Shown: positions 25,822 through 39,070, counted from the first letter of the whole stretch. The stretch is 61,114 bases of DNA, filler included, from Sphacelaria rigidula (GCA_964200075.2; 3 parts of 3 records of this genome joined end to end with filler, not necessarily neighbours in it), one strand, 5' to 3'. Numbers and translations are program-made. The notes: generated by a model from the letters alone, not told the origin.

Positions 25822-26184
25822 GGGTATCGCCCCGGTGGCTCAGTTGGTAACCTCGCAACCTTCTGACGGTTGCGAGTAGTGGTGTTCGATTCCTGGAGCG
25901 ATCTGGGATTTTTTCTCACACTATGCCCAACAGTGGAGAGCGACTATGTCATGGGTACACAAAATTCGACTTAACGGTCGACGAGGGAAGGGACTGCTGA
26001 ACCTCTCTCGCGATAAAAAATAAACAGGCAAGCCCCGCAAAAGGAAGGTGGGGTATTGGAAACAAATAAAGAAAGTGAGCTCCTGTGTTGACCTTCCTCC
26101 TGTGTGACCCCGGCTGATGCGCCCACATATACCGAAAGGTGTAGACTGACGCCCAGAATGAATGGGACGAAAACACACGCACAC
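25822..26184 (+). mobile_element. tRNA-derived SINE, copy 3, (CA)n tail
   Basis: A box TGGCTCAGTTGG, B box GTTCGATTCC, same body as the other copies. Confidence 0.9.
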
Positions 26185-27615
26185 TCTCTCTGTACTGCAC
26201 TGTCGATACTCCACGCTGCACAGCATTAGAGCTCTACAGTACAGTATCCTGTAGTGCGCCGTAGTCAATTAAAGCACTGCAGGTGCAGTGAAAAAGCGTA
26301 GTGTACAGTGCGTACGGTGTCGCAGCGTACGGTGCAGTCAGTATCTTGCCGGCCTGTGCACGTTCGCACTGGACGCTGGTCGATCGTATATTTGGCGGGG
26401 CAACCTGCGGCCAATCCCCGCGACAAGAATAAATCACGTCAAGCCACGTCACATCAGCTTCCGCTATGAACTTTCTAACGTCCACTGTCAAGTTTCGAAG
26501 CTTCCACTCTGCGCGCTGCCTCCATGATGAAAAAAACATATTTCGCAACTCTAGTACCCCCCTTTGCTCTCCTTGGTTGGTGCCGTGACGCACGTGCAGG
26601 GGGGGAAACGGTCGGAAGATCTTTCGTCACTCCATAACAACAACCAAGATGCAAGCTTTTCGTTCCAAGCCTGAGCAGAGGTGAGCGGCCACGCGAAATC
26701 AACACGAAAAGGTGAAGATGGCAGTCGGTGTCATCCTCCTCTTTTTACGCGCATATTCTCTTCGTTGCGGGAGGAGGGGGAAGGGGCTCTAGTAGACTGA
26801 AATGCGCTGTGGTGCATTCCTGTTCTTACTGTAGCCTTGGGCATCAACGCTCGGAGGAGAGTTCTTGGGCGATAGTGGTGGCTGGAATGTACTGGCGGTG
26901 TGACTAGCGATGGTTGTCTTTGCTCATGCAACTGTCAAACGATTTTTTCGTGTCAAGGGCAGCCAACACGTCTTTCATGGAAAAAAACCCGATGACTCCT
27001 CCGTGCTTGGTGTTGATATTTATTGTACAAAGAAAACATGAGCGTAGCGTGGCAGGGTCCGTGGAGAGTAAATCCGGGTTGGGTATCAATTCCAGTGCAG
27101 ATGAGTTCGACATGTACCGGAGGGCGTACTGCAACGGATCGGCAATCAGAACTGCCGTCCTTCGATTAACACGACGGCCATGAAGTGTTACATCGGTCAT
27201 TTCAACACGGGGTTCGAGGTATTGTTGACGGGGTGTTTCGTTAGACCGAATCTCCGACGTTGTCGAAAATAATAATTTTCCTGTCCTGAAAATGTGGGAG
27301 CAAATATTTTGATAAGGCCGGGCAATAAATGATTCAAGATTGACCACAGATTACTGCCAAAACCTAGTGTCGGATTTTTTTTTCAGTATTTTTTCTCCCG
27401 AGAAGTCGGGAGAAGTCCTGATTTCTCCAACAAAGTCGAAGAGTCTGAAAAGGAAGTCCCGTCCATGGTACGCCTTACTTGGCGAAACGTGCGAGAAAAG
27501 GAAACATTGCTCTGGGGTTGGTCACTAAACACCGATAATGTTTCTCGGGGCAGTGCGGCTCGGTGACCCAGATAGCGAAAAAAAAGAGTCCAAATTTCTC
27601 CACGACTGCCAATAA

Positions 27616-27910
27616 CAACGTTTTCGTGAGATTGAGAGTAGAGTGCGGATTGAGAGTGGCTTTGATCATTCGCTCAACTTAGCCAATTTCTCATTCCCTG
27701 CGTGTTCCTCTTTGCCTCTACCACTGCCGTGTGCTTGCGGCTACACATCGATATTCTACTCAGAGACATCAAGTGCCTCAGTGGCGAGCTACTACAGAAA
27801 GAATAGTAGGCCTCGTGGAGGAGCATTTCGGAACTGCAACGATTCATTCACTGATTGACCGCTTTTAACTCTCAATCGTATCCCCTACTCTCAATCTCAC
27901 GAAAACTTTG
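27616..27910. mobile_element. MITE with about 45-bp TIRs (CAA.GTTTTCGTGAGATTGAGAGTAG)
   Basis: Inverted repeat read directly. Flanks GCCAATAA and TCCAATGT may be a decayed 8-bp TSD. Confidence 0.75.
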
Positions 27911-28824
27911 TCCAATGTCGATCGTCTGGCTTCAGCAGTGGAAAGCGTGCCGACTCAACATATCGCTCACCCTGGCCATGAATGGGTGAAATATTGGACT
28001 GTCAGGGTGGATCATCGGTGTCAGTCGGCCTCATCGTCAGGGTGAACGTTACACCCAAAACATGACGGCCTCATCCAAACCGAAACGATTCATCTTTGAA
28101 CCTAACGTCTAAAACATGTCAATACTGCTGAATCCACGTGACTTGCTGTCTGCACCACTGCCCACGGACGAACACCCTGAGAACCATGCGCCTGCCATTA
28201 CGGAGTTGTTTATCCTGTTCTGTACTGCCTGTTTCAGTGCGCACAAAAAGAATCGAACTCCAGGCTTGAACAGCACACACTGCATCGCTGGAAATTGATG
28301 AATGAGCAGAGTACAATTTTGAGGGGAAATCAAACCTTCAGCAAATACATGATCGTCATCGCTTGGAAATCGTCATCTCCACCTTGAAAGACTTCCTCCA
28401 CCGTATACAAATGAGATCCTGGGCAAGGTGCGCGTTGGCAAAGCACGCATCGGCGGGGCTGGCGCCGATTTCAGCGAAAACGCGTGATGAGCACGCTGAG
28501 CGTGTTCTCAGGTTTGTGCCCCGTGAGGGTGTAAAACAATGGTCTACGCTGAAACCGGAATAGTTTAAACCAAATAATTTGAGAAACGGGGTTGGGGAGA
28601 ACTCCGCTTCTCACAACCCTACTCAGTCGTTCGGTAATCCTTTCCGAAGCCCTTTTGTTTGGTTTTTTGTATTTCGCCCTGTTCTTTGATTTGTGTTGTG
28701 TTGTTTTGTCTCCTAGTGCCGTGCAGAATATGTTTGTTCTATCTTTCCCCCTTCTTTCCCCGTCTTACCCTTTTCTCTAGTTCCCTTCAGCGAACGAGTG
28801 TTTCCGTTTTGCTCATCCTGGGCA

Positions 28825-29646
28825 CATGGGAAATATGGGTGTCGTGGCTTGTGTACAAAATACACAGTGTTCAACTGTCGACGTGGCGGGAACAATTGGT
28901 TCAGCTCGTGAACCCAGTTCTGAGAAAAGAGCTCGCAAAGGCTGCACAGTGTTGGGATAACACTTGGTTGTGCAATAAAATAATGAAAGATGGTTTACAC
29001 TTGGCGCTTCACTTGGCCGATCTCGAATGAAACGAGATACATGTCTACTCTGCAGAAAAACTAATGGCAAACTGGTGGGCTTACGTGACCCTTTCGGAAC
29101 CGTCGCTCGAAAAATGACCATTTACAAGTACGATTGACGTTTCCTTGGGCAAGATACGGCTGGTCTTCTGCAAGTTTTGATGATGCAGCAGCCCACCAAA
29201 GCTGTGCACCACGCCTGGTTCAAATATATTCATGTGATGCATTCGTGCACCGAACTCGAAGTGACGTTTCCCCGGTGACGAAAGCTCGCATCCGGAAGTT
29301 TGTACTGTCTTTCGCGAGTCCCATAAGAGTCAATATCGGTGGCTTCGGAGAGTGACAGCGTAGGGCTATGTCGATCTTTCGACAAAAATCTTGGACGCTA
29401 TTAAACCGTTTATCCAACCTGTTGATTCCTTTGACTCCACGTACCAAACTCTTCACTATTCTAACGATATGCTGACTTTCTGTAAACGAGGTATGTAGTA
29501 CATGAGCGGTTGATTATTCTAGGGCGAATGTTCCACCTCTCCGGTTACTACTACGACCTTTGTTCTAGTGATGAACCGTAACTTGTTTTAGCGCTGATCT
29601 CCAGTGTATGCATCCGGAACATTTATTTGCTCCTTGAATTCCAACG
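28825..29646 (-). repeat. 3' LTR (carries about 250 bp absent from the 5' LTR)
   Basis: Aligns to 32740-33307 except for about 29090-29340. Confidence 0.8.
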
Positions 29647-29675
29647 CGCCCTTCGACATGACGTTACGAATATAT

Positions 29676-29845
29676 GACACCCTGGACATTATGTGGTCAA
29701 TACTTGCAATACACAATAAACGTACTGCATAAAGTATAGGCCTATTGCGACTATTGTCGGCCGGCAATACTTGCAATAGGCCTATACTTTATGCAGTACG
29801 TTTATTGTGCATTGCAAGTATTGACCACATATTGTCCAGGGTGTG
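29676..29845. mobile_element. Fully palindromic MITE, CAYACCCTGGACAA family, 8-bp TSD GAATATAT
   Basis: TSD at 29668-29675 and 29846-29853; near-perfect 85-bp arms. Confidence 0.93.
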
Positions 29846-30859
29846 GAATATATATCAGTTAAAAAAATCCACTTTCATATCCTCATCTAACATGTATAAA
29901 CTGTACTTTCCTTGTTCTTTACTTCCGTATGTTTTTGTACTGTTATCTACTCGATCATTCTTCCGTGATGAAGAAGAAAGTCAAATACTCTTTTCTACCA
30001 GGCTCCCTGAGTCCTCCTCCGTTGATGATGTCGAAGCTGCTCTCTTCAGTTCTTGCTCTTTACTCGACCGTTATCACACTACAACTATACCGCGATTGAG
30101 ATGATCCTTCTCTACAATTTATCACCAGTAGTCTCTACTCACACCAAAAATATGAGTCCGCAGTATGCTTGTCTGCCATTTCTTGGTGTCGACGCCGTCG
30201 CTGTTATCCATGACGCTCAAATTTGCCGAATTTGTCCTTGGTGCGTAATTCCTTGTTGCTGGAAATTGGCAATCCTGCCGTCTGCGTTACTTGAGGGAAT
30301 TTGGAACTGAAAATATGTTGCGGTTATACCTCTCCTGTTTTCCATTTAGACGTATCCTTGATAGTGTTTGATGTACACAGGTGATTGTACCAATTTACTG
30401 CTCAGGTATAGAGGCGACTGAGTTGACCTCCTGCCATTACTCTCCCGACATATCTTATTTTGAACCTGTTCGCCTAGTAATGAAGCTACTACACTCTTGA
30501 TTCCCAGTACCCCTGAAATATACGCTTCCTTGTGTCGTGAATGACTGCTGCTGTTGATGCTCATTACTGTGCTGACGAGGAGTACTATTTTTCTCACTTT
30601 TACACGTATATCTACTTATTCTGATTTACTGTCTTGGACTTGATCGATTACAACTTATATTTACTCCTTTTATGCTTTCTACGTGAGTCTTCGTCTACGT
30701 TTGCTTTTCTACTAACCAACAAAGGTGTTCCTACGCGACGTGACTTTCCTCATACTACTGTAGTTGTTAGCGCTGAATTACTTGACCTATCCCCGTTGAT
30801 GATTCAATATTTGTTGTAGTCCTTCCTTAGTATCCCCTTGTTATCTACATTCACTGAAA

Positions 30860-32300
30860 TTTTGAAAGCTCCCAGATCCAGGCGCGGATCTGCTGACAAG
30901 AAGCCCTCACGCCCCTCTTGAGTGCTTCGTAAGGCGAAAGTAAATGTTTCCCGAACTGAGGTACTACTGTGGCTGGTGAGCACACAGACCTCTCAAATCC
31001 ATGGTTATCTTTTACTATCGTGTGCATATCCCCTCTAGCTGTTTCTATTAACGGATGTCCTTCTGCTGTTCGTATTCTCATTGGGGGGAATAAACTCAAC
31101 GTAAACTAACAATTCCCGCTCAATACCAGGTGGTAAGTTACTGTCAACAAAGTGGGGCCTACACCTGAGTCAACCACTACTGAAAATGAAGTTGACATGG
31201 CTTTTCTGCCGTGATTATCCGTAGGTTCTGGAAGAATGGTAAATCCCATTCCGTTTGTATTCGATTTATCCATCACTGGTATCGACGATGCAATTGCATG
31301 CAGGACTTGTGCGTATGTAGGCTCCGAAGATGTACTTGTATTCAGGGTAGCTGTATTTACTTTACATGGAAGATCCACATTGCTACTATGCTCGATATTT
31401 CTTATGCGCTCGACATTGCCATTATTACTCCCTATGCCGTCACTGCCATTGTGACTTCTACACTCCGTGTCATCATGGTTGGCTGTTCTGTGTAACATAC
31501 ACCATTTCGTCCGCCACTATCAATCGATTCTTGGCTAGACCTGCACTTACGCATATAATGACATATTTCCCCACAGGTGAAACACCTTACTCGGTGTCTT
31601 GTTTTCTTCCCAGAATATTCTACAGGCAATGCTGCAAACTTAGCATCGTACCGACCATGTGACCGTTCACTCGAAACACTACGTGCTATTCGGTTGACGT
31701 ATGAATTACGTATACTTGACTCAATCTCCTTCAAGCTGAAATCAGGTTCACGTCCAGCATGACACTTGATTTGTATGTACTCGTCAGTTAGCCCTTCTAT
31801 GACAATGACTATGACCGTGTTGAACGCTTGTCTGATACTGTTTCTCCCATAATTTCCAACTCATCTCGAAGTTGGTGCGCCTGAGTAAGGAAGATGTCGA
31901 GGTCCTTACCCTGTGACATAGCTAGGTTGTCTAACTGCCTTATTAAAATACGTCATCTCTGTTTGGACGCGTTTTGATATTCGCGATCAAGCCGTCCCAT
32001 GCTTTTTCACCATCAGATTTGTCAAAACTCTATGGTTGAAATCGTGGATGATTTGCTGCAGGATCGGCTGTAGTCAGGTACAATGTATGAAGCAGCACTT
32101 CATTATTGCAATCGAAATCAGCTATTTCTTTTGCGTTACTTACTACTCGTATATGGGTGTCGGTACCGTCCGCTCGAACTGTAAAATCCTGATTTGATGA
32201 GAAAGCCACTTCCGCTGTCAAGGTCTCCTCTAAAGAAGCTTCTGCCCCTGCTGCCGTTGGGAAGCTTCAAGAACGTGTAGCTATAGGGCTTCGCCCTCGA
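30860..32300 (-). pseudogene. Copia gag (UBN2-like region and zinc knuckle) and aspartic protease relic
   Basis: DGEKAWDGLI, QLRDELEIMGETVSD, IEGLTDEY, CFTCGEICHYMRKC knuckle, VVVDSG protease motif and VPQFGKHLLS, with many stops and frameshifts. Confidence 0.85.
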
Positions 32301-32739
32301 CGTACTTCTAGCACTGAGCTGCGGAAATACTACATCTTGTCGCTACCTGAGCTCATAAATTCCCTCTGGACGACTTGCGCCGTTAATAACTTCTGAGATT
32401 CCCGGATTTGTTTTGTGAAACTACTGCCCGAACGGATCGTTTCTGCCCAGGAATTTTGTCCCGGCAAACATACTGAGACTCCTCATGACTTCAGTAACGG
32501 ATGGCTCTCTAGATGAAATCGTTCGTTACAATTTGTGTTGATTATTTTCGAACCTCAGAGTTCTCCTTCGTCTGCTTGATGAAATTATTTTATCCAAACC
32601 TCAATCCTTCTCTTGATGTCATCGCTGTTGGGCGGGACGACCGCACTCCTTCCAGGTTGACGTCCTCGATGGGGCATCCTTGTTGCCGGGACCGAAGACT
32701 ACGGTACTGTACTGCAATCACGGGATGGGGCTTAAAATC

Positions 32740-33460
32740 TATTGGAAATATAGCTGTCGTGGCTAATGTACAAAACATCCAGTGTTCAATTATCAACGTG
32801 ACATAAATAATTGAGTCAGCTCGTGGATCCAGCTGTGACAGAAAAGCTCGCAGAGGCTGTACAGTGTTGGTTAAATATTGCCTGTGCAATATAAGAAGAG
32901 AATGTGGCGTACATTTGGCGCTTCATTTGACCGGACTCAAATCAAACACAATTAGTGCCCTCTATAGAAAACCTGATGACAAGCTGGTGGGCTTACCTGA
33001 GGTGAGTGTCTTCGGAGAGTGACAGCGTAGGGCTATGTCAATCCTTCGACAGAATCTTGGACACTGTGAAACCGTCCATTCCAACTGTTGATACCTTAGA
33101 TTCTATGCACCAGACTCTTGACTATTCTGATAATATGCGGGCTTCCTATATACCAGCTATACAGTACATGAGCTGTTTACTATTCTGTGACGACGGTCCC
33201 ATCTCTTCGGTTACTGGTACGTTCTTTGTTTCAATGATGAACCGTATCTGGTTTTGCCGCTTATCTCGAGTATATGCATTCGTAACATTTTTTTCTTGAA
33301 TTCCAACTAGGCTTCAGCATCGTATGCGCGCATAAGGTTTATAGCTTAATTTGGGCTTTTGGGGGCTAAAAAGTGTTTTTAGAAAGCCTGAAGGCGAGCA
33401 AAAGAAATGAGCATAATTAACAAAAAAACGCGCATATGAAGCTAAAGCCTGATCCCAACA
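32740..33460 (-). repeat. 5' LTR, with a MITE inserted in its terminal bases
   Basis: Homologous to the 3' LTR. On the minus strand it runs TGTTGG...TTCCAATA. Confidence 0.8.
33308..33451. mobile_element. hAT-like MITE, 8-bp TSD ATTCCAAC/ATCCCAAC
   Basis: TIR YAGGCTTYAGCWTCRTATGCGCG at both ends. TSD at 33300-33307 and 33452-33459. Confidence 0.8.
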
Positions 33461-36400
33461 GGGTACGTCTATCTTGTGGATAATGACCACAGCCGTACCC
33501 CTCGGGGATCAGTTTATGTGTGACAGCTACTAGAGCAATCGATTATCAATGAGTCCCTACTCTCTTCTCCATTACAACCGAGAGTCCCGCTCGATATACG
33601 TGCCAGGTCACGGTCATCGAGTTCGCGATCGATCCGTAAACTTGAACTATCAGCATTTGTGCTGGCCCGTTTCCTCGATGAACTGTTCCCACTCTCCTTG
33701 TTTTTGTTGGTTCGGTGTTTCTGTGCCGTCGTACTCGGAGAAGTGGAGCGGAAGTCGTTCAGTCAGTGTCTGATTCTGCAGCAGTGATGTTAGTTGCCTG
33801 GTAGCTTTCAACATCATCTTTGTGAACGATTACGGTCGGTACGGCTCATTCATTCACTGGTGTATATGCTGACTTGCGCCCGAGCCTTTACTTTCCGGCA
33901 TGCTCGTAGACAGCGAAGCTCCAGTTCCCAGTACCACATGTTCCTGATGTTTTGGTCGTGCTTTTTTCTTCACGTTAGGCTGTATTGGCTCAACTGTTGA
34001 CTGTTTCTTTTGTTTCCTCATATTTTGCTAGCTTATTCCCATGTGCTAAGCAAATCGAAAACTGTTGTCGCCCTCTTTCTTCAGGATCACCTTGTCGCTT
34101 CCCTTGCGGTCTGTGTCTTCCCTGGAGGATGACGTGGTCGGACACCTGCAGCTGAGCGCCACCTACACTGACGATGACTGCGTCAATCAAGGGTGAGCAA
34201 CTTCGGTCACCCTTCTTCAGTTGTATTTCACATTTTCGGCATCGTGGGGCTTCGCGCAACGCCCAGGTACCACCAAACAAATCCCACGAACTACATCGCA
34301 AGTATCAGGTTTGGCGATGACGATATATTCGGTCTGGTCGACAGTACTGCTTCCCTTCTCTAGACGGTTACACGTCCCTTGAGAGGTCTGCACTGCGCTC
34401 TCGAGGCGAAGTTTGTTGTTGACAGGGTACGGGTGAAGTACCGCAGTGGTGAGATGAACCAGGGTTCACATCACCGTGTTGCAAGCGAGGGCTTCTTGAA
34501 GTCACCGTAGTGTTTGCGCAGGAAAATGACATGTGTGTAACCATGCCAACGCTTCGTGAACTGAAGCTGAGAAATAGAACATGGTGTATTGCTGTTTCCT
34601 TCACTCGTGCCCACCTGACTCACTCACTGGACTATCTGACTCGTATATGTGACAACTTGGTGTTCTGTGGGGTATACCGACTAAAGTCGGGGCTTCTACA
34701 GGAATATCAAAGAGTATTGTTTTCAAGCAAATGACCTTCCCAATCATACTGGAGTGTTCGGAACAGGGGTCGATACCGCCCGGTACCATGCTGAAATGTT
34801 TGATGCACACTCCGGTTTGGTTCAGGATGCCATCCAAATATCCCTCACTTCCGGGTATATCCTACAGTACAGATCGTAACCTTGTAATTACCTACCTTCG
34901 ATCAATTCTTGTTCGTTTATTACCAGATACTTGTTTGCGCTGTTCTGCGGACTGCCCCAGTTCTTCGCGTTCCGTCCTCGACTGGCCGATCTGCCTTCCG
35001 TCCCCCACGCACTCGAGTGCTTCAAGGATTCCACCAACCTCGTCACCGCATCACCGCCATCCTCTGCAAAGAAAGGATACGGCTCCATGAGTACAAAAGG
35101 CGAGCGGGAGGAGGGCTCTGCCGAAGCGGATGCCTCGAGGGCATTACCGCAGTTCCTAAAGCCCTCGCTGACGACCCAAAGCACTCTTCGGCTCTCGCCG
35201 CCGGACTCCCCGATGGGTGCCAGTGTGCGCGATACTTTTGCCGTGCAGCCAAAAATTTCAATTAAGGCCTGACGTACACATACGGTGCGTGCCAAAAGCA
35301 TGCGCACGACGATGTATCAGGGTGCTGCTTCTCGCATATACTGTAGCTTGTAGCCCTCTTGATCTCGAACGGGTTTTGATAATGGGCTAGTCAATCCCTC
35401 CCCTTCCGACCAGTTCTTTTTCTCCGTTTGGAGGGCAGCAGCCCCTGCTGCTTGCGATAGGGGTTAGTACTTGGGGGTGCGCAGCGGTGATGGCTCGATG
35501 GGAAAGCAGAAAATTGCATCGTGCGCGGACGTAAGCTCTCCTCGTTGGACATGAGGTTGTACAGGGCGATCGTAGGACAAGCAACGGGTGATTGTCGACC
35601 ATTGTCCAGCAGTGACGGCGGTTTTGTTTACAATAGCGCGGCAGCGGGTTAAACGAGGGGAAAGGGAAGAGGTCGATGGGCTTGAAAATACTGACCATTA
35701 CACATTTTTGCGAAAACGTCGAAAAAATCTTCGTTCACCGAACGTGGCAAAAGAGGCCCTGTCGATTTCAATCGATGGCTAATTTTTTGGTGCACCGCTG
35801 CGATGCTGTAAGGGTTGCGCGTACAATTACGCGATGTGCTTTGTAGTGCGTGGGTGTTCGTGCTCGAACGTGAGGTGGCATGAGCGTCCTGCCGCACGTT
35901 GAGCAGGCGTCATGTGCTGAAGTTACTAGATAATCTACTCGCCAGCGGTGGGCGCCGTGTCGAGATGATTTTCGTTGTTTTACGTGGGCTGTGCGTGTTT
36001 GTGGGACGGGGTGAATCGCCCGACTTGGAGTTGTCTCAAAGCCGTCGCTCTCCTGTATCACTGCGATGCCGGGACGGAGCGATACGTGGGATTTTCGCCG
36101 TTGATGGTATGTTTGACGGCGATCACCCCAGTCGCTAATCGTCTCCCTTCCTTTCCCGTGCCAGTAGGGGTATGTTGATCCAGATGCCTAAAAATTGCAT
36201 CGGCGTCGAGTGGTGGCTGGGCAGTGAGAGTATTTTGTTGGAAACGGTGGTGGTGCCTTCGGTGGGCCGTCCGACGCGGACGCACCCTAATGGGGTAGCA
36301 AGTCATGGCTCACGCATTGCATGCTGCCTCAACCTGACCATGTGATGCATGTGCGTTGCCGACTGGCCATCCTTTCAGAGGCGGCGATGGGGCAAGGAAA

Positions 36401-38429
36401 CCGATAAACTTCCATGTCTTGAACGAGTCCGCACACTCGCATATATATTTGAATGTATTGCTGGGGGGGTGTCGTTTTCCATATTCATGTGCTGTTTTCA
36501 ACGTTGTACCTTGATGATGGCGCACACTGTTATTCGGTGTATCGCAAAATGATGCTGCGGGTGGCCTGTGTACGCTGCAGGGTTGGGTTTGACGGGTGGG
36601 GGATCCCTTAGATGATTCTTTGACTGTTTTCCCCCGGCATCGGGTGCAGTGAGGGAGGGCAGGCGGTAGCTGAGAACTGTCTGTATAAACTGTTGTGATG
36701 GCGTTTGGCATTGGAGGGTATTTATGAGGGTAACGGTAGCGCTTTTTGTTAGTACACACGCGATCTTGTAAGCCCCGGGGAGCATAAGATCTGCTGTACG
36801 TTGTGAGCGGTGCGTTGTTCGAGTGACTGTGCTCGATGGGGATTGGGTGAAGCTGGGACTCGGCCGGAGTGTCGTGCTATGCTGCATGTGGACATTTTGA
36901 TGTGTGTGTGCGCGTCTGTCTTGTGTTATGGCGTTTCTCCTCTGCAATGGCCGCAGCATGCTGCTTCGCCGTATGTGCTGTTGTCGAAAATGTGAAAGAT
37001 TCGTATGTTTTCTGTGTACGTGTACGTTTATCAGTGCAAAAGCTGTGCACTGCGCATGTCAATTGCTGTGCAGTGCCATGCATCGGCTGTATCGGGTTGT
37101 CGTTCACCCACCATGGTTACAATATTTGATTGGATGAAGTCGTTTAAAATCCTACGAGTACCAGCTTGTATACGGGTTGACGCCCATTGTGATGCGAGCT
37201 ACTCTTGCGCCATACATGGTTCCCCTTTTCTTTTTAGCTTGGATATGTAAGGTTAATGAGAGTGAAATCAAAGTGGCAAATAGTTTTTCGATCAGCGAAA
37301 CAAGGGGCGTGAAAGCTGATCGGCCCATGTTCCTCGGTCGACCGCCGGATAAGCCTTTCCACACTTCGCTCTCTCTTGAGCACCTAGTTGCGGAATACCT
37401 CCGGTCTCCGAGGTTGATGACGCTGTCGGAAGGATAATCATTTTACATATTACTGTACCTGGGCGGGTGCATGCTCTTGTCTTCTGGGGGGGGCTTGTCG
37501 TCTGGGGTGAAGGGAATGTACTTCACGGGGATTGGCCGCGTGTTTGTCGAGCACGTCTTGTGCTTGGCGCCAGCACAATTTTCTGGCAAGCGCTGCGTTG
37601 TGCTGTGCTGTGCAGTGTCGTTGGTTTGCAGGCTACGGTTGCGACGTGTATTGTCGTCGTGTTCGGTTTGATGAGGGGAGAAAAGACAGAGGTAGATGGG
37701 GAGAGGGTGAGTAAAACCTGTTGAGAATATCAAAACCGTTGAACCAAGCGAATACCGAGACATGGCGTGTTAGGAGATGTGGAAATAAAGTATGGTGCTG
37801 TGTGATGGCGTGATGGCGTGATCTATGTTTCTATGGCTTTCGGTGTCCACATCTACAGGGCGAGAACAAGTGGAGCGGCACCGTGAAGTGTCCGATGTTG
37901 ATGACCGAATCAGTCAGTCCTGTTTCATCTCTGGTTGCGCTTAGACCGGACGCGGTGCGGGTAGGGGGAGGGGGGAATGAGGAGGGTTCGAATTCCCTAC
38001 ATGACCTATAGGACCTTTGAATCCTTGGCGGACTGGATGGGGGAAAGGGAGGAAGCAGCTGAGAGTTGGCGACAACTGGTGGTGTGCCTATTCTCCTCAT
38101 GTCCTGTTCATATGCCCTTTGGGTAAACGTGGATTTGTTGCGGCACACAAGAGCTTGATTGCCCCAAGAATGTTTACTGAGGGGGTATTATTATTATTTT
38201 TAATCTTATTGAGGTGCGAGGAGGGAGGGAGGGAGGGGGGAGGGGGCGGGGGGGTGGCTGCATGCTGATCGTGACGATTGAGATCGCCTCGGGAGGTTGA
38301 AGAAGTTGTGGTTGCTCGGGCGGTCTATTTGTGTGTGTGTGTGGAGCCATCGTTGGCGTAGTTCATCCGGACTACAATGTGCGGATCCAAGCGATACATC
38401 GTGACATGCATCATTCCGTAGTCGACTAT

Positions 38430-39070
38430 CCTGCTCGTGTACGGATGGAGGTATTCGATACCTGCTCGAAAATCACCGAAAATACATTTGAAGGGCTGAA
38501 GTGGATTCTGCTTTCGTTTTCCCCGAGAGCAAGGCAGTGATGTATGTTTTTCGTGGCTTCTTGGAGTTTTTTTTACACCACCTGCTGGTTAATGCTCATG
38601 TATGGGTGGGAAACCACGGTACTCACTTCAGAATCATTGGAAATGAACTTTTGAGGGTAAGCGTGGGCCTTGCCGTTTGTTTTAAGAGAATGACTGGAGA
38701 TCCTACATTTTCTTGGCTTCATGTTCTTCAAACATCCCACCCGCTCGATGGTGCTCATGTACTTGCTTGAAATATACTGTATAGAAAATTTGAGGGCTGA
38801 AGTGGATTTTGCTTTTGTTTTTCTCAAGAGCAAGGCAATGAAGTATTTTTTTCGTGGCTTCTTGGAGTTTTTATTTGCACCACCCGCTGGTTGATGCTCA
38901 TGTATGGATGGGAAACCACGGCACTCGCTTGAAATCCCCTGGAAAGAAATTTTGAGGGTCAAAGTGGACTACTGTACGCCCTTTGCGTTGAGAGATGGCG
39001 ATTTATAGATGTTTCTCGGCTTCTTCGTGTATTTTATTTCTAATCCCACTCGTTGATTATTGTTTTCTCA
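38430..39070. repeat. Degenerate tandem duplication (about 300-bp period, with about 150-bp subunits)
   Basis: AGGGCTGAAGTGGATT...GAGCAAGGCA.TGA.GTAT...CGTGGCTTCTTGGAGTTTTT at about 38492 and 38793. Confidence 0.8.

Larger units (their letters stand above)
28825..33460 (-). mobile_element. Old Ty1/Copia-derived LTR element lacking integrase, RT and RNase H
   Basis: Diverged direct repeats at 28825-29646 and 32740-33460. TGTTGG start at 33460. PBS-like GATTTTAAGCCC just inside the 5' LTR. PPT-like GAAGGGCG before the 3' LTR. 5-bp TSD GGGCA/GGGTA. Confidence 0.85.

Noticed and set aside
25822-25900. tRNA genes (also 22109-22190 and 24385-24463)
   Set aside because: The cloverleaf is imperfect and each head continues into a shared body of about 280 bp with a CA tail, so these are SINE heads.
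26731-28563. Protein-like frames at 26904-27347 and 28116-28563 (also 34400-35300, 39300-40400 and 44900-46340)
   Set aside because: Possibly decayed exons, but I could find no recognisable motif or consistent gene model to support a call.
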